A stretch of 64,000 nt of DNA, taken from positions 47,058,001 to 47,122,000 of the forward strand of contig OX597817.1 in the NCBI GenBank assembly GCA_951406725.2, given 5' to 3'. The first letter of the stretch is position 1; each line of letters opens with the position of its first letter. Shown piece after piece: positions 24,241-38,240 of this stretch. This DNA is from Octopus vulgaris (taxonomy: Eukaryota). The notes beneath the pieces are model-generated. The model was not told the DNA's origin. It did no database searches and was given only the letters and a program-made list of their open reading frames with translations. The position numbers were made by a program, and so were the translations under genes.

Positions 24241-24914
24241 GTTGTTGTTGTCATTCATTCTTTTGTTTTTTTTTTCATTTTGTTTTTTTTTATATATATT
24301 TTGTCTCACCATTTTATCAATTTCTAAAGGTATCCATAGTATGACCTTTTATATATTTATTTATTACGCTTATTTTTTGTTCATTTTATTATCGTATTAA
24401 CGAACGATATGGCTACTTCCAGTCACTAAAGTCAAATTTCTCGTTATAGACAGATCTCTATAACTGAGTTTGTTTCACCATGTTTTGAAGAATTCTCTTT
24501 GTTTGGTAACCATGTTGTGAAGAATTAACTTTGTTGAATAATCTGAGAACAGATAACAACGTTACTCTTCAAAATATTCCTGTATTATTTTCAGTCGAAA
24601 AGTTTTTATTTCGGAGTTATGAGTTATGGCGCTAAAATTCTGTAGCTGTGGTCATTTCGCTCTAACGCTGGCTTGACCAGAAAGTAACGAGATCTGTCAG
24701 CATTGCATTTAAGACTTCGAATTTTTGCTTAAAATTACTTGCCCAAAGTGCGGCGCGATAGGATTGAATCCAGAACCACGAGATTTCAAAACGAGCTCTT
24801 TAACCACACAGCCATGCCTGCGTCAGTTGTAAGTAGAAAGGATTATTATTATTACTATTATTATTATTATTATTATTATTATTATCATCATCATCATCAT
24901 CATCATCAAAATGA

Positions 24915-25785
24915 TGAGTTTATTTTAAAATTTGTGATTACATAGACAGTATTTTACGTAAGATATGGGCAGTTCTCATGAGCACTATCTTTTGAATTTC
25001 TGCCATTTTGGGGTTTCCTGGTATCAGAGCTAGGTAGCAATCAGCCCCTTTTGTTATAATTCCTAGGGCACCTATGACGACAGGTATTGTTTTAGTCCTG
25101 AGGTTCCACATTTTGCCAATTCCTATTTCAAGATCTTTATATTTGCTCAGTTTTTGGCAGATCTCGACAGATACATTCAAGTCGATTGGGACAGTCATAT
25201 CAATGAAGAGGCATGATTTTTGTCTGAAGTTTTTCAATATAATGTCTGATCTATTCGCATCTATCTTTCTGTCAGTCTGAATGGTGAAGTTCCAGAAGAG
25301 TGAGACGTGATCATTTTCAAGCACTGTAGATGGTTTGCGTTCCCACCAGTTTTTATCATGGGGCAGGTCTAGGATTTTGCAAATTACCCAGTGAATATAT
25401 GGTGCAGCTCTAACATGCCTGTTGAGATATTCTTTGGCGCAAGAAGGCTGCACATGGAGACAACATGTTCAATGGTTTCATTTTTGTTGTTTTCATACTC
25501 GACATGCTACTGCGGTTCGTTATTATGTTGGCATGGTAGTTCCTTGTAAGTAGGCATTGATCTTGGACTGCTATGATAAACCCTCCTGTTTCTGATTTTA
25601 AACCAGAAGCCAGAAGCCATTAGCCATTGATGGGTAAGGGCTTTGTCAACGTCGGCACTATTAGCTCTCTTTGGGTATTTGCCATTGAGAGATTTTTCTT
25701 GCCATTTATCAGTCAGAATATCTAAAGCAGCAGTTTTAGCACGGGTTTTCATACGCTTACCTTTTTGTCTGCTTGTTTCCAGTAC
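24915..25785 (-). mobile_element. 3' fragment of an RLE-type non-LTR retrotransposon (Dong/R4 clade), family 1
   Basis: DKWQEKSLNGKYP, zinc-knuckle remnant, YLNRH, IQTDRKIDANRSDII (RPD-like), C..IDMTVP, KLSKYKDL, PVVIGALG, QKIVLMRTAHILRKILS*. (TAA)n on both sides. Confidence 0.88.
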
Positions 25786-25786
25786 G

Positions 25787-25873
<87 letters not shown>

Positions 25874-26592
25874 GCCTTTGCACAGCATCTAACACCTCTT
25901 ATTTTTCGATCACCTTCCGGAGTATTCGAGCGGTTCCAAGCAGTGCTGTTTTCTGCAAGTGCTCCACGCTTATTGTAGCCCTTATTTGTTCCACGTACTT
26001 CTCGAGATTTTTGCTCACTGTTCTCAGGGCTCCAACAATTATTGGTACTACTGCTACCTTTTTCATCGACCACACCTGCTTAACTTCCCAAGCTAACCAA
26101 TCATATCTTTCGACTTTTGTTTCTTCCTTTTCGCATACCTTCTTGTCAGCTGGGCATGCTATATCTATAATCCAGCATAGTTTGTTTTCTTTCTCAATTA
26201 AGACTATGCCCAGCTTCCTATTCTCTATCTCATGGTCGCACTGAATCATAACATCTCATAGGATCTTTGTATTTCTATTTTCGACGATGCCTTCAGGTTT
26301 GTGGTTGTACCAATCTTTTGCTCTGTCAAGTCCATACTTGTTGCAAAGTATCCGATGGTCAAGCCTTGCTGTATTGTCGTGGCGTCTCTTATATTCCTTT
26401 AGAGCTAATGGCATATATTGGCTGGTAATATGCCATACAGTTTCACCGTTTTGTCCACAAATTCTGCACTTATCACTTTCTGATGTGTTGTCTACTCTGT
26501 ATTTTATGTAGTTTGTTCTTAGTGCTTGCTCTTAGGCAGCACAGATTAGAGCCTCCGTTTCCGGTTTTAAATCACTTTTATTCATCCACAGC
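25874..26592 (-). mobile_element. 3' fragment of an RLE-type non-LTR retrotransposon (Dong/R4 clade), family 2
   Basis: LKPETEA, CRICGQNGETVWHI (CCHC), EYKRRHD, IIDIACP, KVERY, VPIIVGAL, LQKTALLGTARILRKV. Flanked by (TAA)n at 25786-25872 and 26594-26700. Confidence 0.9.
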
Positions 26593-26700
<108 letters not shown>

Positions 26701-27205
26701 GTTAGTGTCGTTTACTGAAGGTGTCTAACTGTCTTGTTTGTCATTACATAATGTTTCAATATTCGATATTATCTCGCTGCCGCCTGTTACCGTTACTGAT
26801 AGACATAAGCTTTAGAATTTTTTGACAGATTACTTTGAATTCTGATCCGGTCCTTTTGCATGTTTACCAAACGCCATTCTTGGTTTGGGTGTTTATATAC
26901 ATGCACGCGCGCGCATGCCTCACATTCACACGCACCCATCCAACACACACACACATGCACATACATGCACACACACACACAGACACATACGCACGCACAT
27001 GCGTATACGCGTACGCACACGCACATACCCACGTTCAACACGCCCGCACAAACATACACACGTTCACACACACATATTAACACACACATATATATATGTT
27101 CATCTGCAAAGTGAGTGTGTTAAGTAATAAAACACTAAAAAGAGAATGACTGTTTCCAGACACAATAATATATATGTGGGTGGGCGGGTGGGTGGGTGCG
27201 TGCGA

Positions 27206-27250
<45 letters not shown>

Positions 27251-28252
27251 TATATATATGTGTGTGTATATATATTTATGTATATACGTGTGTGTGTATG
27301 TGTGCATATATATAATTATGCATATATGTATGTGTATGTGTCTGTATGTGTACATACATACAGATATATTTAAGGCTGTATACAGGTATATATGTAAGAA
27401 TGTATATCTGACTTTCTATTTATATCTGTCTTTTCCTCTGTAATTATACGTATATATATGCATATACATATGTATATATGTATATTTGTGTATGCGCACA
27501 CATACACACATACACACGATCGTACGCAACGCAACGCACACATATAAAGTATCTAATTTGTATTTATGTCTATTTTAATAAGTCGATATTCTTAAGAGAA
27601 AGATATTCCGTAAGAAAATTACGCAATACAAAATGGAGATAAAAAGAACTGCTATCAACTCTGTGTGTGTGTGCATATATATATATATATATATATTCCC
27701 AAAAAATTAGAGGTTGTGAATCCAACCTGACATAATATAATGTCTAAAAGTTGATGAATACCACTTATTGATCCCCTCCATTTTCTTATTACTCTCTCTC
27801 TCCCTCTGTCTCTCCCTCGCTATATATATATATATATATACATATAATGACATATACCCAGTCCAAATAAATACTGATATATATATATATAAACCACCCT
27901 TCTGTCCTTCCCTGAGCGTCTGCTAATACTTTACATGTACCATGTTCTCGCGTTGTTGTTTTATATATACAAAGGATATATATATATATATTTATATATA
28001 TATGAATATGTATCCTTTGTATATATGTGTCTATATATTTATATGTACATTTATACATACTTATATATGCGTGTTTTTGTGCTCCTACATATATGTAGAT
28101 ATGTATGTGAGTATGCGTGCACGCACACACGCACGTACGCACATGCACACAGAAAAAGATAGATGTTTGTATGTATATGTATGAGCGTATACATGTGTGT
28201 ATGCTGTATATATATATGCATATATTTATATATATATATGCATGTATATATG

Positions 28253-28348
<96 letters not shown>

Positions 28349-28519
28349 CATATATATACATGTATGTATACATGTATGTATACCATCTTTATAAAAGCTT
28401 CTGATTTTTCCTCATTATTCTAAAATCTTGTGGTTGATCCAACAGTCGATCGTTCTGTTTCGTGTATCCCTTAAGATTTCATGCTATCATTCCTCTTCTT
28501 CTTCTTCTTCTTCTTCTTC

Positions 28520-28562
<43 letters not shown>

Positions 28563-29411
28563 CTATTTTTATTGCTGACGTTGTTCTTGTAATTTTCGTT
28601 GTTGTTACTGTTCTTGCTGTTGCTGTTGTTTTTATTGTTGTTGTTGTAGTTGGTGGTGGTGGTGGTCCTGTGGTTGTTGGTGTTGTCGTTGTTGTTCGAT
28701 TTGACTTTTCTGAATACAAATGACGTGTGACACAGCGGCCAAAGGAACTTTTGCAATGCGTCTTGACATTTCAAAGTTGCTTCTTTTGATATATAAGACT
28801 TACAAGAACAAACAAAAACATCGATAAAATGAAAAAAAAAACAATCATATTATTGCCGATGATAGTGATGCCGGATGTGGCAATTCGGGGTGGAGGGTGG
28901 GGTGGGCGTTTGGCGGTGGCTGGTGGGGCTGACGGTAGTGTTGGCGTGGCGGCATTTGTTGTGGAGGTGGATATTGCGGCAATGCCGATGACAACGATGA
29001 TGGTGGTGGTTGCTCTTTTTCTTGTGATAATTACGGTGGTATTGGTGGTGGCTGCTGTAGTATACATGTGTGTGTGTGTGTGTATGTGTTAGTAATGGCA
29101 GTAACGGATCTGGTGGTGGTGGTGATTGTATTGATGGTGGTAGTGGTTTTGGTGGTGGTAATGGCGATTTCTTTGTCTCATACAATACAGGAGAAATAAC
29201 GAAACAAGAATTTTGTTTGCAAACTCACCCACATTTTCAAATGATATTTGTTGTGGGTAGTACACGGTGTTTTTTTCTTTCCTTTTCTTTTCCAGAATGA
29301 AATACAGACCATCAGCTCTTTTCAAATTCGATAACATTGCATTAATTATACCACCAAAGGTAACCTGCCTGAACAGAGCACCATTTTTGCCATACAAAGA
29401 TAACCAAGTAA

Positions 29412-30390
29412 TGATAACATGTCTCAACGTTGCACCACTTTTGTTACTAAAGTAAAGATAACATGTCCCAACGTTGCACCACTTCTGCCACCAATCAAAG
29501 ATAACATGTCTCAACGTTGCACCACTTCTGCCACCAAGTAAAGATAACATGTCCCAACGTTGCACCACTTCTGCCACCAAGTAAAGATAACATGTCCCAA
29601 CGTTGCACCACTTCTGCCACCAAGTAAAGATAACCTGTCCCAACGTTGCACCACTTCTGCCACCAAGCAAAGATAACATGTCCCAACGTTGCACCACTTC
29701 TGCCACCAAGCAAAGATAGCATGTCTCAACGTTGCACCACTTCTGCCACCAAGTAAAGATAACATATCCCAACGTTGCACCACTTCTGCCACCAAGCAAA
29801 GATAACATGTCCCAACGTTGCACCACTTCTGCCACCAAGCAAAGATAACATGTCCCAACGTTGCACCACTTCTGCCACCAAGTAAAGATAACATGTACCA
29901 ACGTTGCACCACTTCCTGCCACCAAGCAAAGATAACATGTCCCAACGTTGCACCACTTCTGCCACCAAGCAAAGATAACATGTCCCAACGTTGCACCACT
30001 TCTGCCACCAAGTAAAGATAACATGTCCCAACGTTGCACCACTTCTGCCACCAAGCAAAGATAACATGTCCCAACGTTGCACCACTTCTGCCACCAAGCA
30101 AAGATAACATGTCCCAACGTTGCACCACTTCTGCCACCAAGTAAAGATAACATGTCCCAACGTTGCACCACTTCTGCCACCAAGCAAAGATAACATGTCC
30201 CAACGTTGCACCACTTCTGCCACCAAGTAAAGATAACATGTCCCAACGTTGCACCACTTTCTGCCACCATGCAAAGATAACGTGTCCTAACGTTGCACCA
30301 CTTTTGCCACCAAGCAAAGATAACATGTCCCAACGTTGCACCACTTCTGCCACCAAGCAAAGATAACATGTCCCAACGTTGCACCACTTC
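29412..30390. repeat. 43-bp minisatellite, about 23 units (AAGATAACATGTCCCAACGTTGCACCACTTCTGCCACCAAGYA), with degenerate edge units out to about 29355 and 30520
   Basis: Unit starts at 29455, 29498, 29541, 29584 and onward; no spacers between units. Confidence 0.97.
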
Positions 30391-31374
30391 TAAGATAGCT
30401 TGCCTCAACCGAGCACCAATTTTGCCACACAAAGATAACCTGCCTCAACGTTGCGCCACTTTTGCCACCAAAGATAACTTCGTGATAGAACCAAATCTAA
30501 GAGTCAGCACTTTTGCCATCTGCGACAGATACCAATTTGGGATAGAGCCCAGAGTTATCTTTACAGCATTACAGGCTCCCAGGGCAAAGCAGTGCCATGG
30601 GGGCCCTAGATATATTTATTGACATTAAACACCAAAATATGCACTTATCATTTGACCCCTTGGCACGTGGGGGCCCCGGACAACTGCTCGCAGTTCTTCT
30701 ACGCGTTAAAACGGTGCCGATACGACCACACGAGATATGCAACCATGCAGTAAATAATCTAAATTTTACTTTAATTACGACTTACCCCCTTAAATAAATA
30801 CGATTAGATTGGACGGTATACAAAGATATATAAAAAGACAAGGTGCCCAATACGTGAGTTATGTAGCAGAGCTGTTGGAGTGTCGGATAAAATGCTTTGT
30901 GATATTCCATCCGGTTTTTGTATGCTTTCCGCTCAAAGCTCAACAACTTTTCTTATCGTATTTTCAGTATGAATAAGTAAAGAGGTAGTTACTTCTCTCT
31001 TTCTCTCTCTTTCTTTCTAGAATAAATTGACTGTGATCAGATTTGATGAAGGACGGAGCTCCACCGTTATTTTTTTAAATGCTTAAGACACTCTATACAA
31101 CGCGTCGATGCTCCAGTGATTCCTTTGGGGGTTGAGGATTCAGTAAGGAGGAAGAAGAGAGCTGTTAAATGCTAGAGCACCTCTGATCATCAAGCTACTG
31201 GATTAGATCTTACTTCAGACTAACCAACAAATGTAACAACGACTACAGACCGACGATTAGCAAGTACCGTGTTGTTCATACAGTTTGTATCGAAATAGTT
31301 CTAGTTATTGCCGTTAATCTCTAGGTGTATCTTCATTGAACAGACCTAGCAAAGAATATGCAGATATTCAGATG

Positions 31375-31792
31375 GGGCGGCGAGCTGGCAGAAACGCTAG
31401 CACGCCGGGCGAAATACTTAGCGGTATTTCGTCTGCCGCTACGTTCTGAGTTCAAATTCCGCCGAGGTCGATTTTGCCTTTCATCCTTTAGGGGTCGATT
31501 GGATAAGTACCAGTTACGCACTGGGGTCGATATAATCGACTTAATCCGTTTGTCTGTCCTTGTTTGTCCCCTCTGTGTTTAGCCCCTTGTGGGTAATAAA
31601 GAAATAGGTATTTCGTCTGTCGCTACGTTCTGAGTTCAAATTCCGCCGAGGTCGATTTTGCCTTTCATCCTTTAGGGGTCGATTAGATAAGTACCAGTTA
31701 CGCACTGGGATCGATATAATCGACTTAATCCGTTTGTCTGTCCTTGTTTGTCCCCTCTGTGTTTAGCCCCTTGTGGGTAGTAAAGAAATAGG
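31375..31792 (+). mobile_element. SINE family A dimer followed by a family B tail (to about 31925)
   Basis: One head plus two near-identical 184-bp units. Confidence 0.88.
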
Positions 31793-32376
31793 TTCGGCAA
31801 AAGAGACCGATTGAATAAGTACTAGGCTTACAAAGAATAAGTCCTGGGGTCTATTTGCTTGACTATAGGCGGTGCTCCAGCATGGCCACGGTCAAATGAC
31901 CGACAAGTAAAAGAGAGTAAAAGAGTATATACATACATACACACACATATATATATATGTATATATATACATACATACATACACACATACATATACATAT
32001 ACACACACACACACACATACATACATGCATTCAGATAGACACACACACACATACACATACATATATGGCTTTCTAGAAGATGTATTTTGTATGTGTTCGT
32101 GTATGTGTATGTGTATGTGTATGTGTATGTGTGACTGCATGCTCTTGTGTATGTGTGTGTGTGCTCGCGTGTGTGTGCGTGAGTAAGTGTGTGTGTGTAT
32201 GTGCGTGAGTAAGTGTGTGTGTGTGATTATAATACACAAGGGAAATAGCGAAATGCGCACAGCTATTTATTTCGACAACACTGTTTCTCTCTGTTTATTT
32301 TCAAATCCATTCCCTGACCGATCTGAATTTACAACACGGACAGTTAAGTAGTAGTAGCAGTAGTAGTAGCAGTAGC

Positions 32377-32443
<67 letters not shown>

Positions 32444-33164
32444 ATGTTGGTGAAGGTGGTGGTGGTGGTGGTGGTGGTAGAGGTGGCAATAGTTGTGGTG
32501 TTGGTGGTGGTGGTGGTTGTGGTGGTGGTTGTGGTGGTGGTGGCGGTGGCGGTGGCGGATATGGTAGTGGTACGAGTGGTTGTGGTGGAGTAGGTGTTTG
32601 CGGTAGTGATGGTGGGGGATGATGTTAGTGGTGGTGGTGGTGGTGGTGGTGGTGGTGTTGGTGGTGGTAGTGGTGGTGGTTGCGGGTGTAGTGGTGGTGA
32701 TGGTGATGGTGGTGCTGACAGCGATGGCAACGGCGGTGGTGATGGAGTGAGTTGTGGTGGGCGTGTTTGTGATGTCTGTATGGAATTGACAGGATTTCTG
32801 AGATACTGTGTGAAGAGGAAACATAAATAGCAAAAAAATAACAATAATAATTTAAAATAAAAGAAAAGAACACCACAAAAAAGCAAAGACAAAAAAAAGG
32901 AACTGGTACTAAATGCTCCAAGAATGGTTTACGAGAAGAATCTGTGTTGTTGGATGGATACAAGACAGATGACAAATTCAGTAGTCTCAGCTCATCCAAT
33001 TCTTCGACATACATACATACATACATACATACATAAGTATGTATATGCATGTATGTATTTGTATGTATGTATGTTTATATATGTATATATATATATATAT
33101 ATATACATGCATACATACATGTACATATATATACATAAATATGTATGTATATATTACATGTATG

Positions 33165-33198
<34 letters not shown>

Positions 33199-33224
33199 TA
33201 CATATGTATATATACATATGTATG

Positions 33225-33260
<36 letters not shown>

Positions 33261-33404
33261 ATATATATATATATATATATAAACTGATATATAGGTATGT
33301 ATACCTATATAAACATGCATATATACATATATATATATATATATATATGCACACATTTATTTACATATATATCCATACACACACACATATACATATATGT
33401 ATAA

Positions 33405-33449
<45 letters not shown>

Positions 33450-33998
33450 GAGAGACAGAGTGAGAGTGACATATAGACACACGTATATGTGTATGTATAT
33501 CTATGGAGGAATGTTTGCGTGCGTGCGTTTGTGTGTGTGTGGTATGTGTGTGTGAGTGCGTGCGTGCGTTTGTGTGTGTGTGTATTGTATGTGTGTGTGT
33601 ATATGTGTGCACGTGTGTGTGTGAGAGACAACGATCTTCTGATAGGAATATCAACTTCGGAGTTCATGATTGGTTCTGTTATAGTTTCGAAGCTAATCGA
33701 ATTTGTAAGGTTTGGCATCATAACAAATTCTTAATTCTACTTAAAAGCTTCTTCCTCCTCCTTATCATCTTCTTCTTCTTCTTCTTCTTCCTCCTTTTCT
33801 TCTTCTTCCTCCTTTTCTTCTTCTTCTTCTTCTTCTTCTTCTTCTTCTTCTTCTTCTTCTTCTTCTTCTTCTTCTTCTTCTTCTTCTTCTTCTTCTTCTT
33901 CTTCCCCTTTCTGTTTGGCCATCTATCACGTTACAGTCCTTGATTCAATAGCAATGCTTGAAAGCATTGCCTCAGAAACACGACCGATTCTACCACTA

Positions 33999-34046
<48 letters not shown>

Positions 34047-34721
34047 GCGCTGTTGCTGCTGCTGCTGTTGATGAAGATGCTGTTACTAATGCTGCCGTTT
34101 GTATTGCTCGCAAAACAGGTAAGAGTGCCGAAGGGAAATATCTTAGGATATTTCGAAGTAAAGATTATGCAAGTCTCGAAGTTAAGGAGATCAGGTTCTC
34201 GTGGACTACTTTGATCTTCCATGAGTGGAGATTTATATGGAAACAGAAGAAAGGTAGAGGTGCTCATATGAATATTAATAATGTGGTCTGAGTGAAAGGA
34301 CTTCTGGAGTACGTCCTGCATACTAAACAAAAGCGAAACCGACAATTACAGTAAGGCGAAGGTATGGTTGTGCGGTTAAGAAGTTCACTTTGTAATCACA
34401 TGGTCTCGAGTTCAGTCTTGGGATAAGGGCTTCTACCATAGCCCCAGACCGAGGCTTTCGATTGTGGTGTGGAAGGCTGTCGTGTGTGTGTGTGTACATT
34501 TGGTTTATTGGGACTTTGACTTCTATTTCTAAACAGGTTAGACGCCCGGTGCGTCCTTATGCTTAGTGCTAATTTTAATTTTATAGCTATTTGACTCTAT
34601 TTAATACCTTTAACCACCCATATTATTGTTGTTATTATTATCAATCTCTTATATTTACCGCAGATAATATTAACAATAATAATATCTTTATGAGTGTTCA
34701 TAATGTCTGAATATTCACTTC

Positions 34722-34804
<83 letters not shown>

Positions 34805-34810
<6 letters not shown>

Positions 34811-35274
34811 GAAATGTCAGAGTCACCAGTTGTAACGATAAAAATTTGTTGTTATAATTGCATGTTGTATGATGAGAAAGATGAACAATGCATGAAGTTT
34901 TATGGAAATATTTATTTACCGTTACGTTACAATACCTTGCCTCAACGGGCAGGTTATGATAAATCCAAAACTAGGTGAAGTAAAGTTTGTGTTTGTATCC
35001 TCTTCATTGTTTAGTAGTAATTACAGCGAGAGATAGAGTGATGTTGTAATAGAACAGAATTAGAGCTAGTGAGAGTTGTAGGGCGTTGTCCCACAGTTGC
35101 TGACAGTAAAACTTCATCTATCCCTCTGACCAAGGTCTACCTGATCAGCCAGACTTCGATGTCACCGTAGTGACTAACTGGTTGAGTCATCACTATGTGA
35201 CTAGACTCGTCACCGACTGATTTTTGCTTGGGGTGTTCTTGCTTTTGGAACTATCCAGAAAGATAGACATAACA
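34805..35274. mobile_element. Possible solo LTR (~470 bp)
   Basis: Termini TATTATG...CATAACA, one mismatch from a TGTTATG/CATAACA inverted pair. Non-coding. No TSD resolvable next to the (TA)n. Confidence 0.35.
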
Positions 35275-36119
35275 TTGTAAACAATAGATTTAGTTGGTGG
35301 CCTTGTTATCTCTATTCTAGCTTTAAGTGAAGTAGAAGAGGGTAGAAAGGGTCAAGTGGTGAAGACATTATTTCGGCCTAGTTAAAAGCATCTGGAAAAT
35401 GTAAAACTGCGGTCAGAGAAAAACCATTGTTCCACCGTGGGAAAAGTTATTTTGCAGTGTTAATTTAAATCTGGCTCGTGAAAAGAAAAAAAGGTGGGTG
35501 ACGAATTCGGATCAAAACGGATCGTGGAAAAAAAGAAAGGGCCGATCAATAGGGATCGTGTATCACAAAAATGTCAATGTAAAAAGAGAGAACAGATTAT
35601 GTTTGTTCGTGGATAGAAAATCCTACGGAAAAGACCACGGGAAAATTGGGCAATAGTATCATGCAAAAGCAGTTTCCCAATGTGCCACGGTGTGGGACCG
35701 AACCCAAAACTATGTGGTTGCAAAGCGAGCTTCATAACCTACCAACCATGCCTTTTTTTTAATTCCCATATGTCAATGTTTGTAATTATGTATTTCTAAA
35801 TCTTGTTGGCTGTATTTGATCGAAATATCTCTAACTTAACAATCACCATGTATATTTATACTTGCATAAATTTATATGATAATATCTGGTTGTTTTGACA
35901 GTTATCTCTCTTCGTGTTGGTATGCCAATTCATTTCTCTCGTTATCTAACATTTTCACTTCTCGCTGTCTCCATCTCATATTTGGGGGTCAAAATTATTC
36001 TTTGTTTCAAATCAGAATACCGCTACATCTACATACATTTCTATGTGTATGTCTGTCTGTATGCGAATATATATATATATATATATATGCTAGGAAGCAA
36101 GCTACTTTATGTATATATA

Positions 36120-36462
36120 AAGTAGCTTGCTTCCTAATCTCATGGTTCCGGGTTCAATCCCACTGTGTGGCACCTTGACCAAGTGTCTTCTGCTATAGCC
36201 TCGGGCCGTCCAAATCCTTGTGAGTGAATTTGGTAGAAAGAAACTGAAAGAAGCCCGTATATATATATGTGTGTGTGTGTGTTTGTGTGTCTGTGTTTGT
36301 CCCTCCAAAATCGCTTGACAGCTGATGCTGGTGTGTTTACGTACCCATAACCTAGTGGTTCGGCAGGCTTACAAAGAATAAGTTTTGGGGTCGATTTGTT
36401 CGAGTAAAGGTGGTGCTCTAGCATGGCCGCTGTCAAATGACTGAAACAAATAAAAGAATAAA
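36120..36462 (+). mobile_element. SINE family B
   Basis: B core and tail. Confidence 0.82.
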
Positions 36463-36561
36463 AGGATATGTGTGCGAGACCGTTTTCAGCACGCATATCC
36501 GTGCCATGTAGTCATATATTCAACCCCACGTAACTGCTAACTGCAGACAGATTCTTGTTAC

Positions 36562-36611
36562 ACCGCCTGAAGAGATATAGTGTCCTCGAAACAGTACATT
36601 TTGCAGCGGGG
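36562..36611 (+). ncRNA. Degenerate type-I hammerhead motif next to the Penelope-like remnant
   Basis: CCGC-CTGAAGA-GAtatagtgtccTC-GAAA-CAGtacattTTG-CA-GCGG. Stem I is CCGC/GCGG and both core boxes are intact; the triplet is mutated (GCA instead of GUH). Confidence 0.5.
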
Positions 36612-36869
36612 GATTTATTTCCAGATAAAATAACAGATATTTACTTTATATTATGCACCAAGAATTAAATCGTTACGTCTATTTTTTAGTACTATATATA
36701 GATTCATGCCCATATGTGTGTGTGTTTGTGTGTGTGTGCATATATATCTGTGTGTATATGTGTGTGTGTGTGTTTATGTGTGTATGTGTGTATACATACA
36801 TGCATATACATAATCATACATATATATGTGTGTGTGCGTGTGTGTACATACATACATACATACATAGTG

Positions 36870-38240
36870 CGCAGCGAGATATAAAACATTTATTGGCGTA
36901 TAGCTGAAGTCTACAGATGCGGGTGATAAATTGTAGTAGAATGAAATTGTGATGAGATAAGCAAAGAATATAAATGTATCTGCGTCCACATAGAGGTCAA
37001 TGGACAGTGCTAAAGTTCATTGTAGTAGTGGGGTGTGAAGATAACGTTTGTCGTGATGAAGTTATACATTTGGAGGGATATTGTGAAGGGGAGGTGGAAA
37101 TGTTGGTAATCGGCCAGGTGGGGAAATTAATAATTAGTTTTGTTTTTCTTTTACGAAAAGGTGAATCGTTCATTAAAACCTGTTGGTTAGACAGCACCAT
37201 GTGTGAAGATAAGTTGCTGTTCTTTATGTTGGCGAGAATGTGGAATAGGGAATGTAGTGTTCTGAACATCCGTTCACCGAGAAGTAGTCGGTGAAGTGGC
37301 GAGATGATTTGAAATGGTGATCCACAGAGTTGTCCTGTGTGTGGTGGGGAATATATAGATGTTCACGAAAATAGTCACTTGAGCTACCTCTTGTTTTATC
37401 TGACTTGAATCTCCGTCGGTACGACGACGGGGTTTTCTGTTGATACGATCAACCGAGAAGTCAGCTCGTGAAACTAATACCCAAATTGCTGAGCACTCTA
37501 CAGACACGTGTACTTTTAACGTAGTTCTCGAAGAATTCAGGGTGACAAAGAATATGACAAGGCTAGCCCTTAGAATTACGGGTACAACTCATTTTTGCCA
37601 GCTGAACTGACTAGAGCAACAAGAAATAAAGAGTCTTGCTCAAGGAGACAACGCGCCGCCGAGAATTGAACTCATGACCTTACGGTCGTGATCCGAATAC
37701 CCTAGCCACTAAGCCACGCGCCTTTAGTCTTTTATTTATGTATTGTACATTGTAAAGTTTATACGCAATGCAACCGATCGGGTTCGGTAGAAGCGCAGCT
37801 TATTTTGGATGACTTGATACTTGGGTTTCGGTATGTTTATAGTTGTGATGTTTGTAATGAAATGACAAGTATGGTGTCTAAGTCAAGACCATTAAAAGGT
37901 AGCATACTGGGGTGTTCTTAGGAAAGCTTGAGTCGTTTCTAAGAAGCAGATGGAAGAAATGTGAAGAGTAAACAGAGATAAAGGGAAGATGAGCATTTTT
38001 ATTGGTAGAACATATAGGAGAAAGAAATTTAGTTTGTATGTGTACGAGTGCTTGGTATAATTGCAATGGCACTCATACAAAACAGATATCCAATCATATT
38101 GACGGTACCTTCGATCGAACAAGAAGTCTTGCATCAACTCGAATTTAGAATGGAACTTGGAGTCCTTGCTGCAGATTCAGCTGAGACGGTGTAGTCAAGG
38201 GAAGATAGCAGTTGGTATTGTTAGATACACGTGTAGGTCG
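36870..38240 (-). pseudogene. Highly decayed Penelope-like element ORF (RT thumb/linker to GIY-YIG region), interrupted by a SINE
   Basis: LHRLS*ICSKDSKFHSKFELMQDFLFDRRY resembles the PLE motif LRLRRICS..F..M..FF..RGY; also LPFISVY and C-terminal RKRK.KLI. Confidence 0.55.
37392..37725 (-). mobile_element. tRNA-derived SINE (D-type head, C-type tail)
   Basis: Head GGCGCGTGGCTTAGTGG on the minus strand; tail shared with 19500-19620. Confidence 0.75.

Noticed and set aside
23555-24344. YI/HT/CV-rich ORFs here and throughout (27.8k, 33k, 40k, 42k, 50k, 58k, 62k)
   Set aside because: These are translations of (TA)n/(CA)n microsatellites.
29297-29359. Plus-strand exon MKYRPSALFKFDNIALIIPPK
   Set aside because: The acceptor is good, but the apparent donor lies in a degenerate unit of the adjacent minisatellite.
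29412-30390. CRISPR array
   Set aside because: Units are contiguous with no unique spacers, there are no cas genes, and the context is eukaryotic.
29089-30432. 447-aa repeat protein gene
   Set aside because: It results from a stop-free 43-bp unit. All three minus frames are open and 1-bp insertions switch frames without apparent constraint.
33926-34345. 139-aa minus ORF, or a plus-strand signal-peptide-like exon ending at CAG|GTAAGA
   Set aside because: Length and hydrophobicity come from a (CTA)n/(CTG)n tract; no recognisable domain.
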